A stretch of DNA of 64,000 nucleotides from a bacterium (GTDB lineage Bacteria; Patescibacteriota; Minisyncoccia; Phycocordibacterales; CAIZLB01), in the NCBI GenBank assembly GCA_037142735.1, contig JBAXAB010000001.1, positions 36,915 through 100,914 of the forward strand, written 5' to 3'. Position 1 is the first letter of the stretch; the number at the start of each line of letters is the position of its first letter. Positions 38,818-47,649 of the stretch are shown piece after piece. The position numbers and the translations under genes are program-made. The notes under the pieces were generated by a model, which was not told the origin of the DNA, ran no database searches, and worked only from the letters and a program-made list of their open reading frames with translations.

Positions 38818-39405
38818 CTAGGCCTCGACCCCGATCAGTCCGCTCAACATGCTACGGACCAGGTTTGTCGAGGCCATCACAGGGATTCGGGCCAGTTCGA
38901 ATTGCAGGGCGAAGACAGGATCGTCGAGCACAACGCGCGCGGCGCTGAAAGGCAGATCCACTCGGCCGTTGTAGAGAACCAAGCCTTCAGCCTGAACCGA
39001 GCGCAACTTGAGAACCTCCGAGACTTCCGTTCCGGACAGATCCAGATGAGCCTTGATTTTGACCTGTTCGATGGACAACCTCTTCCATCTGTTCCTGTAC
39101 ATGTCGATGTACCTGACTTCGGCACAATCAGACATGTGAAATGCGGAACCTTCACAGCCGGAGACATGAAGGCCGCCCAGGAGATTGCACTTTTCGAAGC
39201 CGATCCTGCAGTCTGGCTCATTTTCGATGTGAAGCCATCCGTTGAAGGTGGTGTTCCGGAAACAGAGGGAATTGATAGGATTCTTCTTTCCGCCGTTGAT
39301 CGAGAAGTCATCAGTGACGATGAACGACTCGTGAATACCGAGCCCGTGTGGGCTGGTGAGTTTTGCCAGATACTCTGCTGGCTTTATGAGTGTAGGTGAT
39401 GACAT
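38818..39405 (-). CDS. Pentapeptide-repeat protein (195 aa) in GC-rich island 5.
   Basis: Tandem A(D/N)LxX-like pentads (CNLLG GLHVS GCEGS AFHMS DCAEV ..LDLSG TEVSE..). GGAGG SD 9 nt upstream of the ATG. Confidence 0.75.
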   Translation of the reverse strand: MSSPTLIKPAEYLAKLTSPHGLGIHESFIVTDDFSINGGKKNPINSLCFRNTTFNGWLHIENEPDCRIGFEKCNLLGGLHVSGCEGSAFHMSDCAEVRYIDMYRNRWKRLSIEQVKIKAHLDLSGTEVSEVLKLRSVQAEGLVLYNGRVDLPFSAARVVLDDPVFALQFELARIPVMASTNLVRSMLSGLIGVEA

Positions 39406-39520
39406 ATAGAGTTTCCTCCATCGGGTAGACTAATATAATCTACATTTTTATACAAGCAAAAAGCCGCCCACCCATATGCCAAATAGGGTAGACGGCTCTG
39501 CGAAGGTTATCACCAGGACA

Positions 39521-39940
39521 TTATTTCGATTTCGGCCTGATCGGTGACGCCCACCAAAAGGTGTACCCAACGGCACACACAGCTCCGACGATGGTCGCAA
39601 CCTGATACGCAATGAACACCGGGGCAAAAAAGCACCCCGTGATGAAGATCGCCAAGATGCCAATTCCAATCAGCATCCGTCTTCCGGGATGGCTGTCTTG
39701 GGAATCTCCAGATTCATACTCGGAAAAGAACATAAAAGTATTGAATGCAACATAACCGACCCAAAGACACAGGCTAGTAACTGTCGCGGTGTGTTCGAGC
39801 CATTTGTACAGCTTGGCCCAGTGTTTGATCGAGCCGACTTCGATGGCCGCGACAGTGATAAGGATTGCTATGATGAACGCACCGAGGATATACACTGCGC
39901 GATCTTGGGTAGCGGAAGTTGGGACTAGACGATTGCTCAT
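39521..39940 (-). CDS. Hypothetical membrane protein (139 aa, ~4 TM) in island 5.
   Basis: ATG directly after the A/C-rich leader gcgaaatcaccacaaacctaaactccactcctaaaaaacaa. Four hydrophobic helices. Confidence 0.6.
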   Translation of the reverse strand: MSNRLVPTSATQDRAVYILGAFIIAILITVAAIEVGSIKHWAKLYKWLEHTATVTSLCLWVGYVAFNTFMFFSEYESGDSQDSHPGRRMLIGIGILAIFITGCFFAPVFIAYQVATIVGAVCAVGYTFWWASPIRPKSK

Positions 39941-40092
39941 TTGTTTTTTAGGAGTGGAGTTTAGGTTTGTGGTGATTTCGCTTTTTTATCAGCGACACCT
40001 TGGATGGTACTAGGTAAAACTACTACCCTCAAAGATGGCGCTGAATTTCCCATATCAAAAAACTACAATATCTATCTAAAACAATAGTATAT

Positions 40093-40121
40093 AAAAAAGG
40101 CCCCGTAAAGGGGCCTTTTTT
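40093..40121 (-). terminator. Intrinsic terminator of rpmA (bidirectional palindrome).
   Basis: AAAAAAGGCCCCguaaaGGGGCCUUUUUU. Confidence 0.8.
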
Positions 40122-40139
40122 ATAATGTATTTGTATAGA

Positions 40140-40412
40140 TTACTCTACATTCACTACACCTTTCTTACTGACAGTATTATCAAAGTTTACCTTTCGTTTC
40201 GTACCGTAACTAACGGTTCCTTCTTTCTTTGCATACAAAGTGTGATCAGAACCTACACCAACGTTTTTACCAGCCATGATTTTAGTACCACGCTGTCGCA
40301 CGATGATTGCACCGGCACTAGCACGTTCTCCAGCATAGAGCTTAATACCCAAGTACTGTGGGTTTGAATCGGTGAGGTTTTTTGCGCTACCTCCAGCTTT
40401 TTTGGTTGCCAT
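40140..40412 (-). CDS. rpmA: 50S ribosomal protein L27.
   Basis: [55 protein letters not shown]. Confidence 0.95.
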   Translation of the reverse strand: MATKKAGGSAKNLTDSNPQYLGIKLYAGERASAGAIIVRQRGTKIMAGKNVGVGSDHTLYAKKEGTVSYGTKRKVNFDNTVSKKGVVNVE

Positions 40413-40522
40413 TTATCGTAATTTTAAGATTTATTTATGCCTGCTTCATCTGATTTCTTATAAGATAGAGACGCATTCACAAGCCAGAACAGTATATCAA
40501 TTTATTTAATTAAATCAAGCCT

Positions 40523-40780
40523 ATGAGCCTCAAAATCAAAAGCGTCCTTTGGCCCATAATAATGATCGTATCCTTAGGTCTAAGTACCGGTGCCTTTGTT
40601 TTAGGTTCAAAAATCATAGCCAAAGAGCAATCTCCACCTCCAATTTCGATCGCATATCCCGAAGGATACATTGATTTGCCCGAAGAAAAAATAGTTAAAT
40701 CATCTAAGGCCTCAACTAAAACCAAAAAGGTGAGGAAGCCTCGTCAAACTAGCAAAACCCTTAAAAACGTGGTTTTGTAG
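40523..40780 (+). CDS. Small membrane-anchored protein (85 aa), hypothetical.
   Basis: TM helix WPIIMIVSLGLSTGAFVLG and a Lys-rich tail. Confidence 0.4.
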   Translation: MSLKIKSVLWPIIMIVSLGLSTGAFVLGSKIIAKEQSPPPISIAYPEGYIDLPEEKIVKSSKASTKTKKVRKPRQTSKTLKNVVL

Positions 40781-40850
40781 TTTTTCGGTTTATAGGCTTA
40801 TATAGAGCCATATTATCAAGGCTTCCAGACTCTTTTTTCATCAAAAATCA

Positions 40851-40879
40851 TTGACAGGGTGGCGTCTCCGTGCTAGTAT
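40851..40879 (+). promoter_or_regulatory. Sigma70-like promoter (TTGACA-N17-TAGTAT) with a hairpin plus U-run immediately downstream.
   Basis: TTGACAgggtggcgtctccgtgcTAGTAT, followed by ACCACAUGcauucCAUGUGGUUUUAUUG. Possible attenuator or short RNA upstream of the 41001 gene. Confidence 0.5.
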
Positions 40880-41000
40880 GTATGGGTACCACATGCATTC
40901 CATGTGGTTTTATTGTGCAAGCGTATAAACAGACCGCAATCGACATACGCATTATTAATTAAGGAATTGGCTTATTATACAACTCACCATTGGACTCGCG

Positions 41001-41519
41001 ATGCTTACATCAGGATTCTTGGGAACAAATCAGGTTTCTGATACTCCCAATACTTCAACAACCAACGCGATTATCACAACTGCTAGCCCAAGTGCGTTGG
41101 TTGCCTCAACAACAGCAACAGCTTCTGGGGTAACAGTTCAAGCGAAACTTAACAACAATAAAAACTACAATTTTGGCCAAAAGGTTAGAGACAATACGTC
41201 TGACAAACCTTTAATGGCTGAAATTTCTAATTGTGAATCTCACTTTAGACAGTACAACAAAGACGGCTCGGTTCTCCGAGGTATCGTAAACAATCGTGAC
41301 GTTGGACTATTCCAAATTAACGAACATTACCACCTCGACCGGTCCAAGAGACTAGGTTACGACATCTATTCACCAGAAGGAAACATTGGCTATGCCAAAC
41401 TCCTTTTCAACGAAGAAGGTCCGGAACCTTGGATTTCTTCATCACCTTGTTGGTCTAAAACCTCAGCTTACCGTGACTACGTAGCATCAACTCAGAATAA
41501 CTTAGTGGCTATACAGTAA
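41001..41519 (+). CDS. Lytic transglycosylase (SLT-domain) protein with a Ser/Thr/Ala-rich N-terminal region.
   Basis: SLT catalytic region MAEISNCESHF..GLFQINEHYH (E-S..G-L-x-Q motif). Confidence 0.65.
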   Translation: MLTSGFLGTNQVSDTPNTSTTNAIITTASPSALVASTTATASGVTVQAKLNNNKNYNFGQKVRDNTSDKPLMAEISNCESHFRQYNKDGSVLRGIVNNRDVGLFQINEHYHLDRSKRLGYDIYSPEGNIGYAKLLFNEEGPEPWISSSPCWSKTSAYRDYVASTQNNLVAIQ

Positions 41520-41564
41520 TCCCTTAACCTGTGCGAGAACACAAAGTTCTTATAGCACATAACA

Positions 41565-41600
41565 AAACCACCCCTACCGTCATGGTAGGGGTGGTTTTGT
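41565..41600 (+). terminator. Intrinsic terminator after the SLT gene.
   Basis: AAAACCACCCCUACCgucauGGUAGGGGUGGUUUUGU. Confidence 0.75.
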
Positions 41601-41620
41601 ATATGAAAGTATTCAGACAA

Positions 41621-41660
41621 ACGAAAAGGCCTGCATCATTAGTCACTTTTGATGCAGGCC
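41621..41660 (-). terminator. Intrinsic terminator of the island 9 gene.
   Basis: Minus strand GGCCUGCAUC..GAUGCAGGCC (10-bp stem) followed by UUUUCGUUUG. Confidence 0.7.
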
Positions 41661-41689
41661 TCGGGTTCGGTGTTGTTGTTCTGTGATGG

Positions 41690-42262
41690 CTACGGGCCGA
41701 CTTCGAAGTCGAGGTAGCCGGCAACCTCGACTGGTGGCAAAGATGGGTTCTTAACCCGGGCAACGAGATTGGCAATATCTTTGCGACTGGCGTTCACTGG
41801 CTTGTAGGTGAAGTCGGTCTCACTGACTTCGAGATTGACACTGTTGATGTATGACCCGAGCTCTTGAGCGCGAAAGTAATCATCAGCATTCTTCTTTTTG
41901 TCGCTGTTAGCCAGAGCCTTCAGCTCTTCAAGCCTTCGGTTACCGCTTAGGATACGCAAACGCATCCTGTAATCGGCGACCCAGTATGACCCGAAGTAGG
42001 GAAGAGACTTGGTTTTGCTCAGCTCGACAGAGGTCACCTTCCGTTCTTTGAGGGCGACGCTCACCTTGTCGATGAGCCTGGCGATTTCACCCTCTGACAA
42101 TTTGGATTGCTCCATCTTATCGAGGACTTTGACCGCCTCGGCATATGGGGCGATGCGTTTTTGTGCTTTCTCCTTTTCATTTGGCAATGAGACTGCCACC
42201 ATGATCGCGGCCATAAGGCCCGCGAGCATGAAGATAGGGAGAATTTTCTGACTTTGATACAT
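41690..42262 (-). CDS. Hypothetical secreted or membrane-anchored protein (190 aa) in GC-rich island 9.
   Basis: ATG preceded by the A/C-rich leader actgaaccacaaaccaaccaccaatatc. N-terminal signal/TM. Promoter TTGACA-N17-TATTAT on the minus strand at 42377-42405. Confidence 0.6.
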   Translation of the reverse strand: MYQSQKILPIFMLAGLMAAIMVAVSLPNEKEKAQKRIAPYAEAVKVLDKMEQSKLSEGEIARLIDKVSVALKERKVTSVELSKTKSLPYFGSYWVADYRMRLRILSGNRRLEELKALANSDKKKNADDYFRAQELGSYINSVNLEVSETDFTYKPVNASRKDIANLVARVKNPSLPPVEVAGYLDFEVGP

Positions 42263-42376
42263 GATATTGGTGGTTGGTTTGTGGTTCAGTATGAAAGGCC
42301 TTTGGACACTTGCGTGTACTCTAGCCGTTCATTGCTAAACCCAAACTCCATCACAGATGTAAAGAACTTTGATAAA

Positions 42377-42405
42377 ATAATACATTGAATATACAATAGT
42401 GTCAA
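42377..42405 (-). promoter_or_regulatory. Sigma70-like promoter (TTGACA-N17-TATTAT) for the island 9 gene.
   Basis: Minus strand TTGACActattgtatattcaatgTATTAT. Divergent from the pif1-like gene. Confidence 0.5.
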
Positions 42406-42438
42406 CGTCTCCACTTCCTGTGATATAATCTCCCTCAC

Positions 42439-44181
42439 ATGACCCAAGAACAAGCATTGAATATCTTAAAAATGGGTTACAACGCCTACATAACAGGCCC
42501 TGCAGGAAGCGGTAAAACCTACCTCCTAAACAAATATATTAAATATTTAAAGAATCGCGACGTTGAAGTCGGTATCACTGCTTCAACTGGTATTGCAGCC
42601 ACGCACATTGGTGGAGTGACCATTCATTCATGGACAGGACTCGGGATCAAAAGTGTTCTAACAGAATACGATTTGGAAGCGCTTCAAGAAAAACAATATC
42701 TATGGAAGCGCTTTGAAAAAGTTAAAATCTTGGTGATCGATGAGGTCTCGATGCTTCATCATTATCGATTAGATCTCGTCGATCGTGTATGTAAAAGTTT
42801 TAAACGAAACAACAAACCATTCGGCGGTATTCAAATTATTCTATGTGGAGACTTTTTCCAGTTACCGCCAATTTCAGCTTCGTATGAAGACGAAGGGCAG
42901 TTTATTTATCATTCATCTGCGTGGAAAAATGGAAACTTTAAAATATGTTACCTCGAAGAACAGCATCGTCAAACAGACAACGAAACAATTTCCATTCTAA
43001 ATGAAATACGAGTAAACAATGTCAGTCCTAAAAACTTGGCGTTACTAAAAAGCAAAATCGCTAAACCTCACACTGAAAAAGATGGAGCGTTTGAACCGAC
43101 ACGTCTCTACACTCACAATGTTGATGTAGACAATATTAATAATCGGGCTCTGGCTGATTTGAAAGAAGATGAAAAAATATATGACATGATCACCAGGGGT
43201 GGCAACGAAGTCCTAACGGATCTCTTAAAAAAATCATGCCTCGCTATCGAGAGAATTAAATTAAAAGTGGGGGCAAAGGTTATGTTTGTTAAAAATAATT
43301 TTGAAACAGGGTATGTGAATGGAACTTTGGGAACTGTCATTGCCTTAGGCAAGAATGGTCCGACGGTCAGAACATATAAAGGCCAAGTTATAGACGTGGA
43401 ACCGGCTAGTTGGAAAATCGAAGAAGATGGAAAAGTTAAAGCTGAAATTATCCAATATCCACTCCGTCTCGCTTGGGCCATTACGGTCCATAAAAGCCAA
43501 GGAATGAGTTTGGACTATGTCGAGGTAGACTTGTCTAAATCTTTTGAAAAGGGAATGGGGTATGTTGCTTTATCTCGAGTCCGTTCAATAGAAGGACTTC
43601 GAATAATTGGCCTGAACGATATGGCCCTTCAAGTGAGTGACGACATTGTAGAATATGACGAGGAACTACGCGAAAAATCAGCAGGGGCAGTTCGAGGACT
43701 TTTACAATTGGAAAATGCTGACATAAAAAAACGACAAGTAGATTTTTTAAAGCATATTGGTGCTAACAATCTTGATCCGGATGATAATATAAAAAATTAT
43801 ACTAAAAGTAATAGGGCAGGGGACAAAAAGAAAAACACCAGAACAAGCACTTTCGATCTGACTAAAAATTTAATAATGGAAGGTCACACTCTGGATGAAG
43901 TTTCTCGCTTACGCAATCTAAAACCTGAAACCATTCTTGAACACTGTGAAAAAATTCTAGAAGGGGATGCATTTTTTGATTTCTCATCAATATATAAATC
44001 TGTCAGTATTCGAAAACAGCAAAGAATTCTAGCGGCTTTTAAAAAGGCTCACAAACTGGGCGAGTCTACTAAATTGGTATTAGAAAAACTTTCTCTGGCT
44101 CCAGTTAAGCACCTTTTAGACAACACTTTTAGTTATGTTGAAATCCGGGCAATTCGCATGATGCTTATTCAGGGGTTGTGA
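42439..44181 (+). CDS. Pif1/RecD-family ATP-dependent DNA helicase.
   Basis: Walker A GPAGSGKTYLL, AAA_30/Pif1-like motifs (ILVIDEVSM; ITVHKSQGMS..VALSRVRS), extra C-terminal ~150 aa. Confidence 0.85.
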   Translation: MTQEQALNILKMGYNAYITGPAGSGKTYLLNKYIKYLKNRDVEVGITASTGIAATHIGGVTIHSWTGLGIKSVLTEYDLEALQEKQYLWKRFEKVKILVIDEVSMLHHYRLDLVDRVCKSFKRNNKPFGGIQIILCGDFFQLPPISASYEDEGQFIYHSSAWKNGNFKICYLEEQHRQTDNETISILNEIRVNNVSPKNLALLKSKIAKPHTEKDGAFEPTRLYTHNVDVDNINNRALADLKEDEKIYDMITRGGNEVLTDLLKKSCLAIERIKLKVGAKVMFVKNNFETGYVNGTLGTVIALGKNGPTVRTYKGQVIDVEPASWKIEEDGKVKAEIIQYPLRLAWAITVHKSQGMSLDYVEVDLSKSFEKGMGYVALSRVRSIEGLRIIGLNDMALQVSDDIVEYDEELREKSAGAVRGLLQLENADIKKRQVDFLKHIGANNLDPDDNIKNYTKSNRAGDKKKNTRTSTFDLTKNLIMEGHTLDEVSRLRNLKPETILEHCEKILEGDAFFDFSSIYKSVSIRKQQRILAAFKKAHKLGESTKLVLEKLSLAPVKHLLDNTFSYVEIRAIRMMLIQGL

Positions 44182-44211
44182 TGTGTAAAATATGATATAA
44201 TTTTTACATAT

Positions 44212-44703
44212 ATGTTTTATTTTAATCAAATCATGCCCTACATACTTTTGACACTTACTATTCTTCCAACGTCTTTGCTCTTGGTCTATTCTGCTTTTGA
44301 AATTATATGGTCACACAAGCTTTCAATAAAGCCATCTTGGATTTTTACTAAAGCCTCTTTTCTTTTAATTGGGGTTTCTCTGGGTCATCTTTTATTATCA
44401 ATCGGGGATAGAGGACTGGGCTTGATACCGTACGTTCATAATTCTTTTTTCGAAATTGCTTTTTATATTTACAACCTTCTTGCAGGAGCCTACATCTGGA
44501 AACTTATCCGAATTTCATGGCCACACAAAATTGGAATGCTTCTTGTTAAGCAACACATACTTGCCCTAGTGGTTAGATTGATAACTCGCATTCAAAAGTT
44601 CTTGATAGACAGCTATTTTGTGCACATTATTGCCTTTATCGCCCTACTCTTACTACTAGTCAGCTCTCTGTTTGGCAAAAACCTATACGTACAGATTAGA
44701 TAA
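44212..44703 (+). CDS. Hypothetical polytopic membrane protein (163 aa).
   Basis: 4-5 TM helices, no motif. Confidence 0.65.
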   Translation: MFYFNQIMPYILLTLTILPTSLLLVYSAFEIIWSHKLSIKPSWIFTKASFLLIGVSLGHLLLSIGDRGLGLIPYVHNSFFEIAFYIYNLLAGAYIWKLIRISWPHKIGMLLVKQHILALVVRLITRIQKFLIDSYFVHIIAFIALLLLLVSSLFGKNLYVQIR

Positions 44704-44732
44704 ATACCCTTATTTGTAGGGTTGTTTCACGC

Positions 44733-44761
44733 TTGACAAACAATCTAAATAGTAGGATAAT
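44733..44761 (+). promoter_or_regulatory. Sigma70-like promoter (TTGACA-N17-GATAAT) for island 6.
   Basis: TTGACAaacaatctaaatagtagGATAAT. The ~150-nt leader holds an imperfect hairpin (GGATGCAAaaagga..ttctccTTGCATCT) and then the A/C-rich tract. Confidence 0.55.
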
Positions 44762-44918
44762 ATACCTAGTAGATAGGGGTTCTTTACATTGGTTCAGATG
44801 GGCTTTCAAGGATGCAAAAAGGATGGGTCCAGACAAGACCTTTTCTCCTTGCATCTTTGGAAAGCTTACGCCGCCCAAGGGTCACACCACCACACCTAAC
44901 CACCACCGACCACCCACC

Positions 44919-45419
44919 ATGAAAAACATCACCCGCAGCGCCTTCCGTAGGCAAGAACGAAACAAAGGCATTGTAGCCATCGCTGCAACCTTCGTGATCG
45001 CTTTGATCATCGCCGCATTTGCATTCGTCGTCTGGGCTCACACCGAGAACCCCGACAACTGGAAGGCAGAGGCGAAACTGGGAATGAAGCGTCAGCAAGC
45101 CGCGAGGTTTGTTGTCGAGACTCTCCGCGAAGTGAGAATGTTCCAGCAGGAACTCTCAGCGGAGAAAAAAATCACGGTTGCCAAAGCACTAGCCGAAGTC
45201 AAAGAAGGCCTCGCGGACATCAACAACCCTCCAAGCCGACTAACAACTGAGCGGCTGCGCAAGTCACTGGCGAACATCCGCATCTACGAGCACCCCGTGT
45301 TCGAAGAGCTCCTGGAGGAATCCGGAGCCGACTGGTTGCCGACCATTCGTGAGTGCCTCCTTGGGGTGTCAACACACCGCGAGGTCAAGCTCATCGTCCA
45401 AAGCGCCGAAATCGAGTAG
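44919..45419 (+). CDS. Membrane-anchored protein (166 aa, single TM) in GC-rich island 6.
   Basis: ATG directly after cacaccaccacacctaaccaccaccgaccacccacc. TM IVAIAATFVIALIIAAFAFVVWA. The upstream in-frame extension from 44733 overlaps the promoter and is unlikely to be coding. Confidence 0.6.
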   Translation: MKNITRSAFRRQERNKGIVAIAATFVIALIIAAFAFVVWAHTENPDNWKAEAKLGMKRQQAARFVVETLREVRMFQQELSAEKKITVAKALAEVKEGLADINNPPSRLTTERLRKSLANIRIYEHPVFEELLEESGADWLPTIRECLLGVSTHREVKLIVQSAEIE

Positions 45420-45464
45420 GGGAATAAAGTACCCGAGCTCGGCAAGAGGCCTTCGGGCCAAAAG

Positions 45465-45545
45465 ACACCTGCGCGTAGCACTTCGAAAGAAATCTTCAAA
45501 AATTTCCCGAAGCGCACGCCAGGTGTTTTCTTTTTTATTTTTTGT
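45465..45545 (+). terminator. Long hairpin plus T-run terminator of island 6. A GGCCUUCGGGCC tetraloop hairpin lies just upstream at 45448-45459.
   Basis: ACACCUG..CAGGUGU outer stem followed by UUUUCUUUUUUAUUUUUUG. Confidence 0.55.
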
Positions 45546-45632
45546 AAAAGAATTGATAAATAGACAATATTTAAATTTCCCATTTTTGATGAAAATGTGT
45601 AGAGGGGATATAGGTCGAGAGTATATATGTAT

Positions 45633-45660
45633 GTCGCACAATATATCTTTTGCGACATGT
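45633..45660. promoter_or_regulatory. Perfect 8-bp inverted repeat ATGTCGCA-N11-TGCGACAT (operator-like).
   Basis: Seen directly, in an otherwise non-coding AT-rich stretch. Confidence 0.3.
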
Positions 45661-46006
45661 GCCTATAGGCAGACTCTGAATGCACTACTTGGTTCTATCA
45701 ACAAAGCCATGCTAGTCTTATGCACAGACCAAGCTCCATTTGCTTTTCAAATGAATCAGGTCAAATTCACCGCAACCCAAATCCACAACTGCCACAAATG
45801 AAAAAAAAATAATCCTTGCAATTCAACCACAGCGATCTGATCTTAGGCACCGTCCACTGTTATTTTCTGTGCCGATACCTCAGTACCAATGCCATCGGCC
45901 GTTTCTTCAATTGCCCGTTGGAATGTTGAAGAGATTCTACAATGCCGGTGCCACTGTATGTAGGCGCTAAAGTTCACATTCACCCAAAACAAAAAACAAC
46001 CCAAAC

Positions 46007-46043
46007 CTACCGTCGCCGCAAGGCCGCGGTAGTTTGTTTTTTA
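46007..46043 (+). terminator. Intrinsic terminator on the plus strand with no annotated gene upstream.
   Basis: CUACCGUCGCCgcaaGGCCGCGGUAG followed by UUUGUUUUUUAUU. Suggests a non-coding transcript from ~45560-46045. Confidence 0.5.
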
Positions 46044-46080
46044 TTGAAGGGGACTCGACTTCCCTATTTTGCCTTTTTAT

Positions 46081-46119
46081 AAAACAACAACCCCGCGTGG
46101 ACAGATTTCCACACGGGGG
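46081..46119 (-). terminator. Intrinsic terminator abutting the stop of the 463-aa minus-strand gene.
   Basis: Minus strand CCCCCGUGUGG..CCACGCGGGG followed by UUGUUGUUUUAU. Confidence 0.6.
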
Positions 46120-47511
46120 TTAAGGTTTGTTTTTTAGTGATTCGCCAGGTTCTAAACCCGACGCTTGATGTTCAATCCTTTGGTGCACCCGAACCAAGTG
46201 CCCTGGGATGATATTAAACATGAGTAGCTGTGCGAGCTGGACAATAAACGGATCTGAGCCAGTGATGAGTCTCTTGTGCAGACGAAGGCGCCCGTAGATG
46301 TGATCACCGTCGAGGAGCTCAACCAGCATGCTATCACCTTTCTTTGTAACCTTGATCTTTGCGATAACTGGCACTCCAATTTTCCGGAAGTACTTGGTCC
46401 ATTCGGCTTTGACCTTGACCCATTCATCTTGGTCTGCAGGTCCAAGTATGATGCCGAAGGACGCGAACACTGACAAAGGCTCAGTGACTTCCTCGGTTAT
46501 CCGACCAGGTAAATCCGCGACCACCAGCTTTGGACCAGGCAGTGATTGAAGCTCGAACATAGACCTCACAGATTCCTGCACAAGCTCTGGGGTCCACTCA
46601 CGCTTATTGGCTTTGGATATTCGCCTGTTTGGAACTGCATGGTTTCTGATAGAATCTGCCACCGGATCTGCGAGGTCAAGCATCTTCATCAATGCACGTA
46701 GTTTACGGATCCTTCTCCAGGGTCCAGGCCGATTACGTAGGCAGTCGAGCTGGCTAGAAAACTCGACGTCCAGTGCAGGCATAGTGGTGCTTTTACTTGT
46801 AGCCGGTGGTCCCCCAATCAAGATTGTTGGTCCTCCCATAAGCATCAAATAAACTACCAACGCCTCGTCCAAGATCATCTGCTTGTAGCCAGTGATATGC
46901 CTTAAGCGATCGGGATCTGTAATACCCTTTCGTCTTTCACTAATTGGGGTAGTAAGAGGCCGAGCATATGCTCCGAGTCTGTAGCGCAGTTGACTGAGCT
47001 CTTCGTACACGCACTTTACCTTAGCATCGAGCTTGTCCGCGATGACGGCTGGGTTGAGGCTCTCCGAATGAATTCGGTCGAACACCTTAGCACAATCAGC
47101 CATCGCTTTTTTGGGTTTACCATGGCGGGAAAGCTGGCCAGTGAAGGCCAACCACTTCCTCCACGCCGTTTTTTGTTTTCCTCCAAACGAAAAGAAATGT
47201 CTCATCCCTTTCAGTTGGAAACGATTTGCATGACAGAGGCCATCCACTGCCAATAATTCTTCGACCAGACCTTGCAAACTCTTTTCAGAGAGATTAAGGT
47301 CGACTATTGCGCCGCATCCACTGAAGAAATCTGCTGGTGACTTTTCAGTCCTCGACAGAGAATTCCAGCGAATGTGATGCTTGCCAAGGAATGACCCTCG
47401 GGCTGTTTTAGCCTTGCTTAAGAGCCAATAGACGAAAGCGTCTAGGGGGCGAAAAGGAAGTGGTATCAACACAATCCTCAGGGCACCCTTCGGTAATTGT
47501 GTGATGTTCAC
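46120..47511 (-). CDS. Hypothetical protein (463 aa), GC-elevated, with a degenerate P-loop-like segment.
   Basis: ILIGGPPATSKSTT resembles a variant Walker A. No SD before the GTG start, so the start is uncertain. Promoter TTGACG-N18-TAAATT on the minus strand near 47600-47640. Confidence 0.55.
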   Translation of the reverse strand: MNITQLPKGALRIVLIPLPFRPLDAFVYWLLSKAKTARGSFLGKHHIRWNSLSRTEKSPADFFSGCGAIVDLNLSEKSLQGLVEELLAVDGLCHANRFQLKGMRHFFSFGGKQKTAWRKWLAFTGQLSRHGKPKKAMADCAKVFDRIHSESLNPAVIADKLDAKVKCVYEELSQLRYRLGAYARPLTTPISERRKGITDPDRLRHITGYKQMILDEALVVYLMLMGGPTILIGGPPATSKSTTMPALDVEFSSQLDCLRNRPGPWRRIRKLRALMKMLDLADPVADSIRNHAVPNRRISKANKREWTPELVQESVRSMFELQSLPGPKLVVADLPGRITEEVTEPLSVFASFGIILGPADQDEWVKVKAEWTKYFRKIGVPVIAKIKVTKKGDSMLVELLDGDHIYGRLRLHKRLITGSDPFIVQLAQLLMFNIIPGHLVRVHQRIEHQASGLEPGESLKNKP

Positions 47512-47649
47512 TTTTTGTATGTAAATGACCTAATGCTCCATCCATCGGAGCACTTTGGTCCGTTTTGTTGAAGCGGGTTTGGGGCCCAGATGGATTGGAA
47601 AACTAGGCCAAATTTAACATTTTATTTTGCATTTCGTCAACATTTCCGT

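Noticed and set aside
38877-39399. 144-aa minus and 165-aa plus ORFs overlapping the pentapeptide-repeat gene.
   Set aside because: Alternative frames of a GC-rich gene. The pentapeptide frame has the SD site and a coherent repeat structure.
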